Positions 10,377 through 20,084 are shown, numbered from the stretch's first letter. The stretch: DNA of 64,000 nt from Deltaproteobacteria bacterium (GCA_040218735.1 JAVJQW010000023.1:32001-96000), one strand, 5' to 3'. Made by a program: numbers and translations. The notes: a model not told the origin generated them from the letters alone.

Positions 10377-11057
10377 TCAGCGAACGCGAATCGGAGACTT
10401 TTCGTAGCGGGTCAGAACGACCTTCACGTAGCGGCGCGTCTCGGCGAACGGCGGGACGCCGCGGTGTCGGGCGACAGCGGCGGGTCCGGCGTTGTACGCG
10501 GCGACGGCGAGCTTCAGGGAACCGAAGCGGTCGAACATCTTCCGCAGGTACCGCGCGCCGCCCATGATGTTCTGGCGCGGGTCGAAGGCATCGCGCACGC
10601 CGACCTCGGCGGCGGTCGCGGGCATGAGCTGCATCAACCCCCGCGCGCCTGCGCTCGAGACGGCGTTGGGCCGATAACCGGACTCGGTGCGAATGACGGC
10701 GTCGATCAGCGCGGCCGGGAGCCCCGTGGCCCGTGACGCTTCTTCGATGAACGGAGCGAGCGCCGAGTAGTTGGAGCGTGAGGGACCGAGCGTCGCGAAG
10801 TGCGGCTTCTTGCCGGGCGGCTCCATGACGTCCGGCTCGAAGTAGGAGTCCGGCGGCGCACCCGGGCGGACATCGCGTGCGAGCAGGATGCCGAGCGCCT
10901 CGGTCTCGTCCCAGTCCATGAACTCTTCGTAGCCGACGACGATGTCGTCACCCATGACGTCGGCCGCGAAGTTGAGCGCCTCCGCGAGGTCGTTCGCGTG
11001 CGCGACCACGGGGACCGCGGCGAACGTGAAGACCAGCACCGAACGCAGGACGTGCAT
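10377..11057 (-). CDS. Secreted lytic transglycosylase (SLT domain)
   Basis: Signal peptide MHVLRSVLVFTFAAVPVVAHA; AVIRTES catalytic Glu, GARGLMQLMP, AYNAGP, ETRRYV. Confidence 0.93.
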   Translation of the reverse strand: MHVLRSVLVFTFAAVPVVAHANDLAEALNFAADVMGDDIVVGYEEFMDWDETEALGILLARDVRPGAPPDSYFEPDVMEPPGKKPHFATLGPSRSNYSALAPFIEEASRATGLPAALIDAVIRTESGYRPNAVSSAGARGLMQLMPATAAEVGVRDAFDPRQNIMGGARYLRKMFDRFGSLKLAVAAYNAGPAAVARHRGVPPFAETRRYVKVVLTRYEKSPIRVR

Positions 11058-11070
11058 CGTCTCGATAGGG

Positions 11071-11098
11071 TTGTCGGCAACCCGTCCTTCGAGGTTGC
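11071..11098 (-). promoter_or_regulatory. Possible sigma28-like promoter upstream of the SLT gene
   Basis: Minus strand reads GCAA-N16-GCCGACAA, ending 13 nt before the ATG. Confidence 0.4.
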
Positions 11099-11153
11099 GC
11101 CAAAAAGATCGGTTGCGCCAGGGGGCGCCGTGGGGGTGTATGGGGGCGTTCTC

Positions 11154-12005
11154 GTGGGCACGCACCACCTCGTACAGCTCGGGCCCGATCATGCAGAGAT
11201 CGCGCTCGCTTACTGCCAACGGCGCCCGCATCGCACGACGTTCCTGGCGGGGTGGATTCAGGACGGAGGTTTGTCCGAAGACCCGCGTGCGCCGCGCGCG
11301 TGGCTGTTCGCCGACATCGACGACGAGGGCGCCATTCAGGGCCTCGTCTACATCTCCGACACGGGCATCGTGCTCCCGGTCTCCTCCCAGGCGGACGGGT
11401 TGGACGGCCTCGTGGAGATCGCGCGCCGAAACCCGACGGCGGTGCGGGTGATCGTCGGCGAGCGCACGTTGGTCGCTTCGCTGTGGCGACGCATTCAGCC
11501 GTTCGGCTTCACGGCGCGGATCGACCGCAACCAGCTCGGCTACTCCGTGAGCGCCGGGAGCTTCGCCGACACCACTTCACACACCCTCGTCCGCGCGAGC
11601 GACACACACCTCGATCAGCTCGTCGAAGCCTCCGCCGCGATGGCACGCGAAGAGGCGCGCGACGATCCGCAGTCGCGGAACCCGGCGCTGTTCCGCTCGC
11701 GCATTCACGATCGTGTGAAGCGCGGGCGTGACTTCCTCTTCGAGGAGGGCGGGCGCGTCACGTTCAAGTGCAACGTGTCGGCGCTGTCCAAGGTCGGCGG
11801 ACAGATCGAGGGCATCTACACCGTCCCGACGCGGCGCCGCACGGGCCTCGGTCGCGCGGGGACCATCGCGGTGACCGCTTGGGTCCTCGAGCGGAGCCCG
11901 CGCGCGTTCCTCCTCGTCAACGACGACAACGAAGCGGCGCTTCGGCTCTACGAGAGCCTCGGTTACGAGAAGCGGTTGGAGAGCCGGACGATCTTCGTCA
12001 AGTGA
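11154..12005 (+). CDS. GNAT family acetyltransferase
   Basis: C-terminal IEGIYTVPTRRRTGLG acetyl-CoA motif and VNDDNEAALRLYESLGY. Start approximate (GTG 11136 or 11154). Confidence 0.85.
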   Translation: MGTHHLVQLGPDHAEIALAYCQRRPHRTTFLAGWIQDGGLSEDPRAPRAWLFADIDDEGAIQGLVYISDTGIVLPVSSQADGLDGLVEIARRNPTAVRVIVGERTLVASLWRRIQPFGFTARIDRNQLGYSVSAGSFADTTSHTLVRASDTHLDQLVEASAAMAREEARDDPQSRNPALFRSRIHDRVKRGRDFLFEEGGRVTFKCNVSALSKVGGQIEGIYTVPTRRRTGLGRAGTIAVTAWVLERSPRAFLLVNDDNEAALRLYESLGYEKRLESRTIFVK

Positions 12006-15000
12006 CCGGCGGCGTGAGCCGTCGGATGAGCGCGGCGAGGTGCTCGTCGTCGAAACGCCCCGCCTCGAGCAGCGCCGCGGCGAGCGCGCGCATGACGACG
12101 ATCGTGTCCTCGTCGTCCAGGGCAGCGCCGGCGGCGAACTGTTCGACGAGCGCGCGCACGTGCTCCCCGGTCGGCGGCCCCTCCGCGACCTCCGCGAGCT
12201 CGATGTCCTCCGACGCGTCGGGGAGGTCGTCCGCGTCGGACGGCGCCTCGACCAGCGCTTCGGCGGGCAGCGGCACGGGTGCGTCGGGATCCAGCACGCG
12301 CTCGGCGTGCGCGAAGGCGTCCGCCCCGAGCGGGAGCGGCGCGTCGCCCGCGTTCGGCTCCGCGTTGATGAAGGCGTCTTCGCCGAGCGGGCGCGGCGCG
12401 TCCGGCGACGCGGCGGCGGCGTCCGGCTCCGCGTGCACGAAGGCGTCCGCGCCGAGCGGGCGCGGCGCGTCCGTCGAAGCAGCGGCGGCGTCCGGCTCCG
12501 CGTGCACGACGGCGTCCGCGCCGAGCGGGCGCGGCGCGTCCGTCGACGCGGCGTTTTCGTTCGGCTCCCCGCGACCGAGCGCGGGCGACGCAGCGGCGGC
12601 CACGTCCGGCTCCGCTTGAACGAAGTTGTCCGCGCCGAGCGGGCGCGGCGCGTCCGCGTCGTGCGGGAGCGAAGCGGCGCCCTTGGAGGGCGGGTCCGGA
12701 AGCGTCGCCACGTCGGCGGGCGGCGGCACGTCCCGGCGCGGGGCGTCCTCGTCCGCGGCGTCGTGGGACGCTGCCTCGAGCGCCGAGGTGTCGTGGGCAT
12801 CGGCCGACTCGCTTGCGATCGGCGCCGAGGCGTCGAGGGACGCCGCTTCGGGCGCCGAGGTGTCGTGGGCCTCGGCCGGCGCGTGGGCGTTCGCCGCCGA
12901 GGCGTCTAGGGACGCTGCTTCGGGCGCCGAGGTGTCGTGGGCCTCGACCGGCGCGTGGGCGCTCGGCGCCGAGGCGTCGTGGGACGCTGCCTCGGGCGCC
13001 GAGGTGTCGTGGGCATCGGCCCGCGCGTGGGCGCTCGGCGCCGAGGCGTCGTGGGCCTCGGCCGACTCGCTCGCGATCGGTTCGGGGGGATCCGAGCGCG
13101 GCCCCTCGCCGTCGGCAGCGACTTCGGCCGCGACCGGCGCGAGCGCCTCCGGCGTGCCGTCATGACCACCCGGGGGCTCGTTGTGCAACGCGAGGGAGGC
13201 CCCGTCATCCGCCGAATCATCGTCGGCCCCCGCAGCCGCGGCCGACTCTGCGCCGACGTCGAGTGGGCTCGGCTCGGCGCCCGCGCCGCCGCGCGACGGT
13301 TCCGCGCCGACGTCGGCGAGCGCGCGAACGACCGCCGCGTCGACGTCCCCGGGCGCGGCGATCTCTGCCTCGTTGGACGCTGGCGCCCCGGCCGAAGGCC
13401 GCTGCACGCGGTCGACCGTCACCGTGTTCGCCAAGTCTGGCGTAACGCGTTCTGCAGACACGGTGCTCGCCAGGTCCGCCGGCACCTCGGGCACCGCGTC
13501 CGCGGGCGGGACCTCCGCCGAGCCACCGAACTGCGGCGAGCTCGTCGCGCCGCCATCGTCGCCCGGCGCGCCGATCATCTCGCCCGGCGCACCGAACAGG
13601 CCTTCGGGCACCTCGGCGTCGACCGTCTGCGTTCCGACCTCGGGCGAAGCGTCGACGGTGTCGACGCCCTGCGGCTCCGGCTCTGCGATCATCGTCGGCA
13701 GCGCGCTGTCCGCGGGCTCGGGGATCTCGAAGTCTTCGGTCGGGGCTCCGGTCGGCGCCGACGTCGGCGTCGAGCTCGAGCCCCAGGACAACGCGGGATC
13801 GAGGAGGTCACCCCAGCTCGGCCCCGTATCGACGTCCTGGGCCGCCGGCTCGGGCGCCGTCGGCTCGGGGATGCTCGTCGGCGCCTCATCGACGGTGCCG
13901 TTCGTCGCGCCGCGCGGCTCGTCGACCCCGGCGAACGCGCCCAGCGGCTCCGGCGGTGGGAACGCGTCGTCGTCGCCCGGCGCCTCGGGCGCGACGCCCG
14001 GGTCGGTCGAGATTCCGGCGAGCGCCGCGTCGACCGCCGCGTTGGACGACTCCGCCTCGGACGTCAGGCCCGCGAAGGCCTCGTCGATCGCGACGTCCGC
14101 GGGATCCCGCGACGACGCATCACCGACGAACGGGGAGGACGCAGACAGACCGGACTGCTGCGTCGCCTGTTCGGCGAGGGGCGGCGGCGCCGATCGGACC
14201 TCTTCGTCGAACGCGGCGGCGAGCGCGTCGTCGAGGTTCACCTCCGGCGGACGATGCACGGCGTCGACGAGCTCGTTGACCGCCGGGAACGCGCCGGACT
14301 CGACGACGTCCTCCGCGATGAGGATGTCGTCCGACGTCTCGCCGGAGGACAGCGGGAGGAGGTCCTTCGACCCCATCGACTGCATCCGCGACGCCGGCAG
14401 CGGCGTCTCGCCCATCGCAACGGAGAGCGCAGCGGCGATGTCGGCGGTCGACTGCCCCATCGATGGCGACACGCCGCGCGGCGGCGTGGAAAACGCCGAT
14501 GCCCGTTCGACGGGCCCCGAGACCGGGCGCCCCTGGATGACGGGGATGTCGCTCGAAGGCTTGGGCGCCTCACCGTAGTGACGCGCGAGCGCGAGCTCCA
14601 TCTCCGTCTCGCCCGCGAGCATCCACCGCACGCGGGTGTTCGTTCCCACGACGGCCCGCAGCGCTTGCAGCGCCGTCTTGTCGAGCGGATCGGAGGTGGC
14701 GACATAGAGACAGTCGCGGCTGTCTTCGCGCTGGCGCGCGATCGGGAGCACGTGATGTTTGAACGCGAGCGCGGCCGGCACGAGCGCGAGCACGCGCTCG
14801 TGGATCGGCGTCATGATCGGATCACAAGGCTCGATCCCCAGCTGACGAGACAGCGCGTGGACGAGGCGCTCCTCGGTGATGACCCCCGCACGAACGAGGA
14901 TCTTGCCCAGGCGCATGCCGGATCGCTGTTGCTCTTCGAGCGCGGACTCGAGCTGAGCCGCGTCGATGAAACCCATGTCGATCAGGAGCGAACCGAGCTG

Positions 15001-15015
15001 TTGCCCCGCAGTCAT
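11998..15015 (-). CDS. MshEN/GspE-N domain protein with a long acidic low-complexity repeat region
   Basis: Tandem MshEN motifs QLGSLLIDMGFI...Q and RLGKILVRAGVI...LSRQ, then a T2SSE_N-like region (ATSDPLD). No ATPase motifs. About 750 aa of Ala/Pro/Asp/Glu-rich sequence and a short helical C-terminus follow. Confidence 0.8.
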   Translation of the reverse strand: MTAGQQLGSLLIDMGFIDAAQLESALEEQQRSGMRLGKILVRAGVITEERLVHALSRQLGIEPCDPIMTPIHERVLALVPAALAFKHHVLPIARQREDSRDCLYVATSDPLDKTALQALRAVVGTNTRVRWMLAGETEMELALARHYGEAPKPSSDIPVIQGRPVSGPVERASAFSTPPRGVSPSMGQSTADIAAALSVAMGETPLPASRMQSMGSKDLLPLSSGETSDDILIAEDVVESGAFPAVNELVDAVHRPPEVNLDDALAAAFDEEVRSAPPPLAEQATQQSGLSASSPFVGDASSRDPADVAIDEAFAGLTSEAESSNAAVDAALAGISTDPGVAPEAPGDDDAFPPPEPLGAFAGVDEPRGATNGTVDEAPTSIPEPTAPEPAAQDVDTGPSWGDLLDPALSWGSSSTPTSAPTGAPTEDFEIPEPADSALPTMIAEPEPQGVDTVDASPEVGTQTVDAEVPEGLFGAPGEMIGAPGDDGGATSSPQFGGSAEVPPADAVPEVPADLASTVSAERVTPDLANTVTVDRVQRPSAGAPASNEAEIAAPGDVDAAVVRALADVGAEPSRGGAGAEPSPLDVGAESAAAAGADDDSADDGASLALHNEPPGGHDGTPEALAPVAAEVAADGEGPRSDPPEPIASESAEAHDASAPSAHARADAHDTSAPEAASHDASAPSAHAPVEAHDTSAPEAASLDASAANAHAPAEAHDTSAPEAASLDASAPIASESADAHDTSALEAASHDAADEDAPRRDVPPPADVATLPDPPSKGAASLPHDADAPRPLGADNFVQAEPDVAAAASPALGRGEPNENAASTDAPRPLGADAVVHAEPDAAAASTDAPRPLGADAFVHAEPDAAAASPDAPRPLGEDAFINAEPNAGDAPLPLGADAFAHAERVLDPDAPVPLPAEALVEAPSDADDLPDASEDIELAEVAEGPPTGEHVRALVEQFAAGAALDDEDTIVVMRALAAALLEAGRFDDEHLAALIRRLTPPVT
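12310..12660. repeat. Intragenic tandem repeat, ~69 bp (DAPRPLGADAFVHAEPDAAAAST), 5 imperfect copies
   Basis: Core aaggcgtccgcgccgagcgggcgcggcgcgtccg at ~12314, 12371, 12440, 12509 and 12624. Confidence 0.85.
12760..13085. repeat. Intragenic tandem repeat, 72 bp (AHDTSAPEAASxDASAPSAHAPAE), ~4.5 copies
   Basis: (g/a)gcgccgaggtgtcgtggg at 12779, 12851, 12923 and 12995 (72 bp period). Confidence 0.9.
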
Positions 15016-15083
15016 CGGCGTCCGGCAGCCTAATCCATAACGAGCCAGCGCTCCACGAAACGACCGCCGCCGCCGAGTCTTCT

Positions 15084-17372
15084 CTAGGATACGGCCACGA
15101 TCGCGCGCAGGACCGCCTCGGGTGTGCACGGTATGGCTAGCTCGACCTCGCGAGAACCGAACGCACCGACCGCGTGACGCAACGCCGTGACCACCCCGAT
15201 CGCGAGCATGAACGGTGGTTCTCCGACCGCCTTGCTCCCGTGCACGACGTCGGACTGCGGTGCCCCCTGCAGGAGCTGGACGTCGAACGCCAACGGCGCC
15301 TCGGACATCGCGGGGATCTTGTACGTGTCCGGGGAGTGCGTCTTCAGGTCCCCAGCGGGGCCCCAGACGAGCTCCTCACACGTGAGCCAACCGAGCCCCT
15401 GGATGAACCCACCTTCGATCTGTCCGCGGTCGATGGTCGGCACGAGTGAATCACCCACGTCGTGCAGGATGTCGACCCGCCGAACCTTGTGCTCGCCCGT
15501 GAGCCCGCTGACCTCCACCTCGATCACGGCGCCGCCGTACGCGAAGTAGTGAAACGGTTTCCCCTTGCCGACGCTCGGGTCGTACTCGATGTCGGGCGTC
15601 CGGTAGTAACCCGTCGCGGACAACGAGACCTGATCCGCGTACGCCCGCGCGACGACGTCTTCGAACGACACCGCGCGCTCACCCGACGAGACACGCCCGT
15701 CCTCGAAGCGGAGCGGCTCCAGCTCCGAGCACCCGATGAGCTTCGCCGCCACGGGTCCGAGCCGCGAGCGCAACCGCTCACACGCCTGTTTGATCGCCGC
15801 GCCGTTGAGGTCCGAGCCACTCGACGCCGCCGTCGCCGAAGTGTTCGGCACCTTGTCCGTCGAGGTGTTCATCAACCGGATGCGCTCGGGCTTCACACCG
15901 AGCTCGTGCGCCGCCACCGCGATCATCTTGGTATGCAGGCCCTGCCCCATCTCGGTACCGCCGTGGTTCACCTGCACGCTCCCGTCCGCGTAGACGAGGA
16001 CGAGCGCACCCGCCTGGTTGAGCATCGCGTTCGTGAACGAGATGCCGAACTTCACCGGCTGGTACGCGATGCCGCGCTTCACGAACCGCGACGACGTGTT
16101 GAACCGCGCGATGTCCTGACGGCGCTCGTGGTACCGCGCGTCGTCGAGGAGCTGATCGTGGATGCGCTCGAGGCGGCACTCCGAGACCTCCTGGTCGTAG
16201 GGCGTTCGGTTCCGCGGCGCGTCGCCGTAGTAGTTGCGCTTGCGGACGTCCGCCGGGTCCAGGCCCAACCGCTCCGCCGCGCGGTTGAGTATCTCTTCGA
16301 CGACCGCCATCCCCTGCGGCCCACCGAACCCGCGGAACGCGGTGTTCGACGGTTTGTTCGTACGCGCGACGCGCCCTTGGAAGTACAGCGCCGGCACGTA
16401 GTACGCGTTGTCGAGGTGGAAGAGGCAGCGGTCGAGGATCGCCTGCGAGAGATCCGCGCTCCAACCACCGTCGGAGTACGTGTAGACCTCGAGCGCGAGG
16501 AGGTCCCCCTCGTTCGAGAACCCCGCACGATATTTTGAATGGAACGGATGACGCTTCCCGGTCTGCGTCATGTCCTGGTCGCGGTTGAGCCAGACCTTCA
16601 CGGGCCGGCCCGTCGCACGCACCCCCAGCGCCGCGAGCGCGGCGAAGTGGGCCCCTTGGGTCTCCTTGCCGCCGAAGCCTCCGCCCATACGGGGGGTCTC
16701 GACCACCACGTGGTGACGCGCGAGCCCGAGCACCTCGGCGACCTTCGCTTGCACCTCGGACGGGTGCTGCGTCGACGCGTACACCTGGTAGGTGTCGTCC
16801 TCGCCGGGGATCACCAGCGACACGTGCGACTCGAGGTAGAAGTGGTCCTGCCCACCGGTGTCGATCTCCCCTTCGATCTTCACCGGCGCCTCGGCGAGCG
16901 CCGTCTTCACGTCGCCGCGACGCATCTCGTGCGGCTTGGTGATGAACGCCTCCTTGGCGATCGCGTCCTTCAGGTCGAGCAACGCGGGCTTCGGCTCCAC
17001 GATCAGCTCGATCGCAGCCGCTGCCTCGCGGCACTTCTCGTAGGACTCCGCGACGATCAGCGCGACCGCCTGGCCGACGCAGTAGACCTCCTCCTTCGCG
17101 AGCAGCTCCTCGTCGTGGGTGAACGGCGCGATGTCGTTCTCACCCGGGATGTCCTTCGCGGTGATCACCGCGAAGACGCCGTCGATCGCGAGCGCGTCGT
17201 CGACGTCGAGCGAACGGATCGTCCCGCGCGCGACGGGCGACGGGAGCACCTGTCCGACCAACATCCCGCGCGGCGGCGGGAGGTCGTCGACGTACATCGC
17301 GGCGCCGCTCGCGTGGCGATGCCCGCTCTCGTGGATCGCCGGGCGATGCAGAGGGCTCTTTGCGTCGCTCAT
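15084..17372 (-). CDS. xdhB: Xanthine dehydrogenase molybdopterin-binding subunit
   Basis: QDHFYLE, GGGFGGKE, TAFRGFGGPQG, GTEMGQG, TAASSGSD, GQIEGG and SKAVGEPP motifs. Start MSDAKS at 17372. Confidence 0.95.
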   Translation of the reverse strand: MSDAKSPLHRPAIHESGHRHASGAAMYVDDLPPPRGMLVGQVLPSPVARGTIRSLDVDDALAIDGVFAVITAKDIPGENDIAPFTHDEELLAKEEVYCVGQAVALIVAESYEKCREAAAAIELIVEPKPALLDLKDAIAKEAFITKPHEMRRGDVKTALAEAPVKIEGEIDTGGQDHFYLESHVSLVIPGEDDTYQVYASTQHPSEVQAKVAEVLGLARHHVVVETPRMGGGFGGKETQGAHFAALAALGVRATGRPVKVWLNRDQDMTQTGKRHPFHSKYRAGFSNEGDLLALEVYTYSDGGWSADLSQAILDRCLFHLDNAYYVPALYFQGRVARTNKPSNTAFRGFGGPQGMAVVEEILNRAAERLGLDPADVRKRNYYGDAPRNRTPYDQEVSECRLERIHDQLLDDARYHERRQDIARFNTSSRFVKRGIAYQPVKFGISFTNAMLNQAGALVLVYADGSVQVNHGGTEMGQGLHTKMIAVAAHELGVKPERIRLMNTSTDKVPNTSATAASSGSDLNGAAIKQACERLRSRLGPVAAKLIGCSELEPLRFEDGRVSSGERAVSFEDVVARAYADQVSLSATGYYRTPDIEYDPSVGKGKPFHYFAYGGAVIEVEVSGLTGEHKVRRVDILHDVGDSLVPTIDRGQIEGGFIQGLGWLTCEELVWGPAGDLKTHSPDTYKIPAMSEAPLAFDVQLLQGAPQSDVVHGSKAVGEPPFMLAIGVVTALRHAVGAFGSREVELAIPCTPEAVLRAIVAVS

Positions 17373-18814
17373 CACAGCACCACCGTAGCCGCGGGCCGGT
17401 GCACCAGGCGCGGGCGCGCCTGGGAGAGGGTCTCGAAGTAGAAACCGCGCACGAGGTTCTTCGCGACGGTGCTGCGGTACCACGCCGAGCCGCGGTGATC
17501 GTCGAGCGGCGTGAGCTCCGCGTCGATCGCCTTCACGGCGGTGTCGACGTTCTCCTCCGTCCAGGCCTCCCCGACGAGCGCCGCCTCCGCCTTCGCGGCG
17601 CGCACGGGCGTCGCCGCCATCCCGCCGAATGCGAGGCGCACCTCCTCGACGGTGTTCGCGTCGTCGAGCCGAACGTACGCGCCGAGCGAGACGGTGCTGA
17701 TGTCGAGCTCCTGGCGCTTCGACACCTTGTACGCGCCGACACGCGCGTCGTCCTCGATCGCGGGTATCAGGACCGCCTCCAGGATCTCGTTCTTCTGAAG
17801 CGCGGTCTGGCGATAACCGAGGAAGAACGCGCTGAGCGGGACCGTGCGTCGACCCGCGCGTGAGACCAGCGCGACGGTCGCGTTCAGCGCGAGGAGCACG
17901 GGGGCGAGGTCACCGATCGGCGAGGCCGTGCAGAGGTTGCCGCCGATCGTGCCGCGGTTCTTGATCTGCCGCGCGCCGAAGAAACGCAGCATGCGCTCGA
18001 TCGGTTCGAGGCCGTCGCGCGCCGCGTCTTCCAGATCCGCGAGAGGGGTGGTCGCGCCGATGCGCCACACGTCGGCGGTCCGTTCGATACCGCGCAGGGT
18101 CTCGACGCCCTCCAGCGAGACGACCGTCCCGAGGCGCTCGAACTTCTTCGTGACGCGGAGCGAGAGATCCGTCCCACCGCAAACGATTTCGCGGTCGGGG
18201 TGCGCGTCGAGGACGTCGAACAGCTCGTCGAACGTCGCGGGCGCAAAGAATTTCTGATCGCCGTGTTCGTAGCTCGGGACGCCGCGTTTGTTCTGCGCGG
18301 CTTCGAGCGCGGCGGCGAACCGATCGGAGGGTGCGAGCGAGGCGATCGCTTCGGTCGCGTCGCGGATCGGTCGGTACCCCGTGCAGCGACAGAGGTTGCC
18401 GCACATCTGATCGTCGAGCTTCCACGGTTCGTCGAGGTCCTTGCGGTAGCAAGCCTCGAACATCGACATGATCACGCCAGGCGTGCAGTAGCCGCACTGC
18501 GAGCCGAGCTTCTCGACCAGGCTCGCCTGTACCGGGTGCGGCGCACCGTCGGCGAGCCCTTCCACGGTGACGACGTCCTTGCCGTGCACCATGGGGAGGA
18601 GGACGAGGCAGCTGTTGACCGCGCGGAACGTCGCGCCCTGCGGCGCGTCCGGATCCACGATCGCCACGGTGCATGCGCCGCAGTCGCCCTCCGCGCAGCC
18701 CTCCTTCGTGCCGGTCTCCCCGAGGGGACCGCGCAGGTACTGAAGGAGCGTCATCGTCGGCGAGACGTCCGACGCCGATATTCGCTGCCCGTTCAGCGTG
18801 AATTCGATCGCCAT
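17372..18814 (-). CDS. xdhA: Xanthine dehydrogenase small subunit (2Fe-2S + FAD)
   Basis: GTKEGCAEGDCGACT, QCGYCTPG, GNLCRCTGY, GGTDL, GTIGGN and YKVSKR motifs. Start MAIEF at 18814. Confidence 0.95.
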   Translation of the reverse strand: MAIEFTLNGQRISASDVSPTMTLLQYLRGPLGETGTKEGCAEGDCGACTVAIVDPDAPQGATFRAVNSCLVLLPMVHGKDVVTVEGLADGAPHPVQASLVEKLGSQCGYCTPGVIMSMFEACYRKDLDEPWKLDDQMCGNLCRCTGYRPIRDATEAIASLAPSDRFAAALEAAQNKRGVPSYEHGDQKFFAPATFDELFDVLDAHPDREIVCGGTDLSLRVTKKFERLGTVVSLEGVETLRGIERTADVWRIGATTPLADLEDAARDGLEPIERMLRFFGARQIKNRGTIGGNLCTASPIGDLAPVLLALNATVALVSRAGRRTVPLSAFFLGYRQTALQKNEILEAVLIPAIEDDARVGAYKVSKRQELDISTVSLGAYVRLDDANTVEEVRLAFGGMAATPVRAAKAEAALVGEAWTEENVDTAVKAIDAELTPLDDHRGSAWYRSTVAKNLVRGFYFETLSQARPRLVHRPAATVVL

Positions 18815-18882
18815 CGTGCCCTCTGGCGCTACCAGCCGAAGCCCGGACTCGCAAGTCGACGGCCCGCGCGTTATGGGCAGGT

Positions 18883-19533
18883 GTGCCGAACCGCGAAGTC
18901 GAGCTGAAGTGGGAAGTGGACGACGAGCGTGGCCTCGAGCAGCTGGAGGCGGCGTTGGGCGGGACACCTGCGAAGGTCGTGCGGCAGCGAAACGTCTACT
19001 TCGACGCGGAGCACCGTCTGGCCGCCGCGGGCTGGAGCGTCCGACTGCGGGTCGAGGACGACAGGAACCGGCTCGCGATCAAGGGCCCGCGCGACGACAC
19101 CGCGGGGTACGTCGCGCGCCCCGAGACGCCGGACGTCGAGGTCGACGACGACGCGCGCGAAGCCATCCTGGACGGCGAGGATCCGTTGCCCTACCTGCTC
19201 GCGGCGCTCGACGAGACCCCGGAGGGTGTCTTCGCCCAGACGGTGCAGGACATCTGCGCGGGCCTCCCGCTGAAGCGCACCGGCGAGACGAACAACGAGC
19301 GGCGAAAGTACCCGGTCTCGGTGGCCGGGCTGGAGCTGACGGTGGAGATCGATCGCACGGACTACGCCGAGCACGGCGTGTTCTACGAAACGGAGCTGGA
19401 GATCCCGGGCACCGCGGACGAGGCGACGCGCGACGCGGTGCAAGCCTGGTTGCGCGAGATCTTCGAGCGCCTCGGCCTCCCGATCCGCGAGGCCCCCGGC
19501 AAACTCGCCCGCCTCCGCGCCCTCACGGCCTGA
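18883..19533 (+). CDS. CYTH domain (triphosphate tunnel metalloenzyme) protein
   Basis: N-terminal EVELK (ExExK), QRNVYFD, VRLR, YETELE. Confidence 0.85.
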   Translation: MPNREVELKWEVDDERGLEQLEAALGGTPAKVVRQRNVYFDAEHRLAAAGWSVRLRVEDDRNRLAIKGPRDDTAGYVARPETPDVEVDDDAREAILDGEDPLPYLLAALDETPEGVFAQTVQDICAGLPLKRTGETNNERRKYPVSVAGLELTVEIDRTDYAEHGVFYETELEIPGTADEATRDAVQAWLREIFERLGLPIREAPGKLARLRALTA

Positions 19534-19603
19534 CAATCGTCAGGCGACCACGCGGCGCCGCCTGCGATGGGAGGCACCGCGGACTTGCTCTGCCGACAAC
19601 GGC

Positions 19604-20056
19604 TCAAGGCCGTCGTATCTCCTCACGACGTCGCTGCTTCGTGAACGATCGAGAGAGCGACGACAGCGTGGAGAGCATCCACGACACGACGTCGTCGTAG
19701 GTCACGATGCCCTCCAGCTCGCCGCGGTCGTTCACCACCGGCAGGCGACGCACGCCGTGGAGCTGCATGATGTCGATCGCGTTTTCGATGCGGTCATCGC
19801 GCCCGATGACGTGGCACGGCGACGGGGCGAGGTCGCCGACGTGAACCTTGGCGAGGTCGTCGATGCCCTGCGCGATCGCGCCGAGGACGATGTCGCGGTC
19901 GGTGACGATCCCGACCGGGAGCTGAGCGGCCCCGCGCTGCTCGATGACGACGACGTCCCCGACGTGCCGCTCGCGCATCAGCTTGGCGGCCGCGAGCAGG
20001 CTCATCTCACGCGGCGCGGTGGTCACGTCCGAATTGGACAGGTGATGGATACGCAT
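19604..20056 (-). CDS. CBS domain pair protein
   Basis: GIVTDRDI, HGVRRLPVV and GIVTYDD. Confidence 0.9.
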   Translation of the reverse strand: MRIHHLSNSDVTTAPREMSLLAAAKLMRERHVGDVVVIEQRGAAQLPVGIVTDRDIVLGAIAQGIDDLAKVHVGDLAPSPCHVIGRDDRIENAIDIMQLHGVRRLPVVNDRGELEGIVTYDDVVSWMLSTLSSLSRSFTKQRRREEIRRP

Positions 20057-20068
20057 ACCGACCTACGA

Positions 20069-20084
20069 ATCAAAGGGGATGCCA
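20069..20084 (-). promoter_or_regulatory. Possible sigma54 promoter of the CBS gene
   Basis: Minus strand TGGCATCCCCTTTGAT (GG-N10-GA; the -12 deviates from GC). Confidence 0.3.

Noticed and set aside
12310-13085. Possible CRISPR array
   Set aside because: The core periods are 69 and 72 bp (multiples of three), in frame within a CDS, with no unique spacers and no cas genes.
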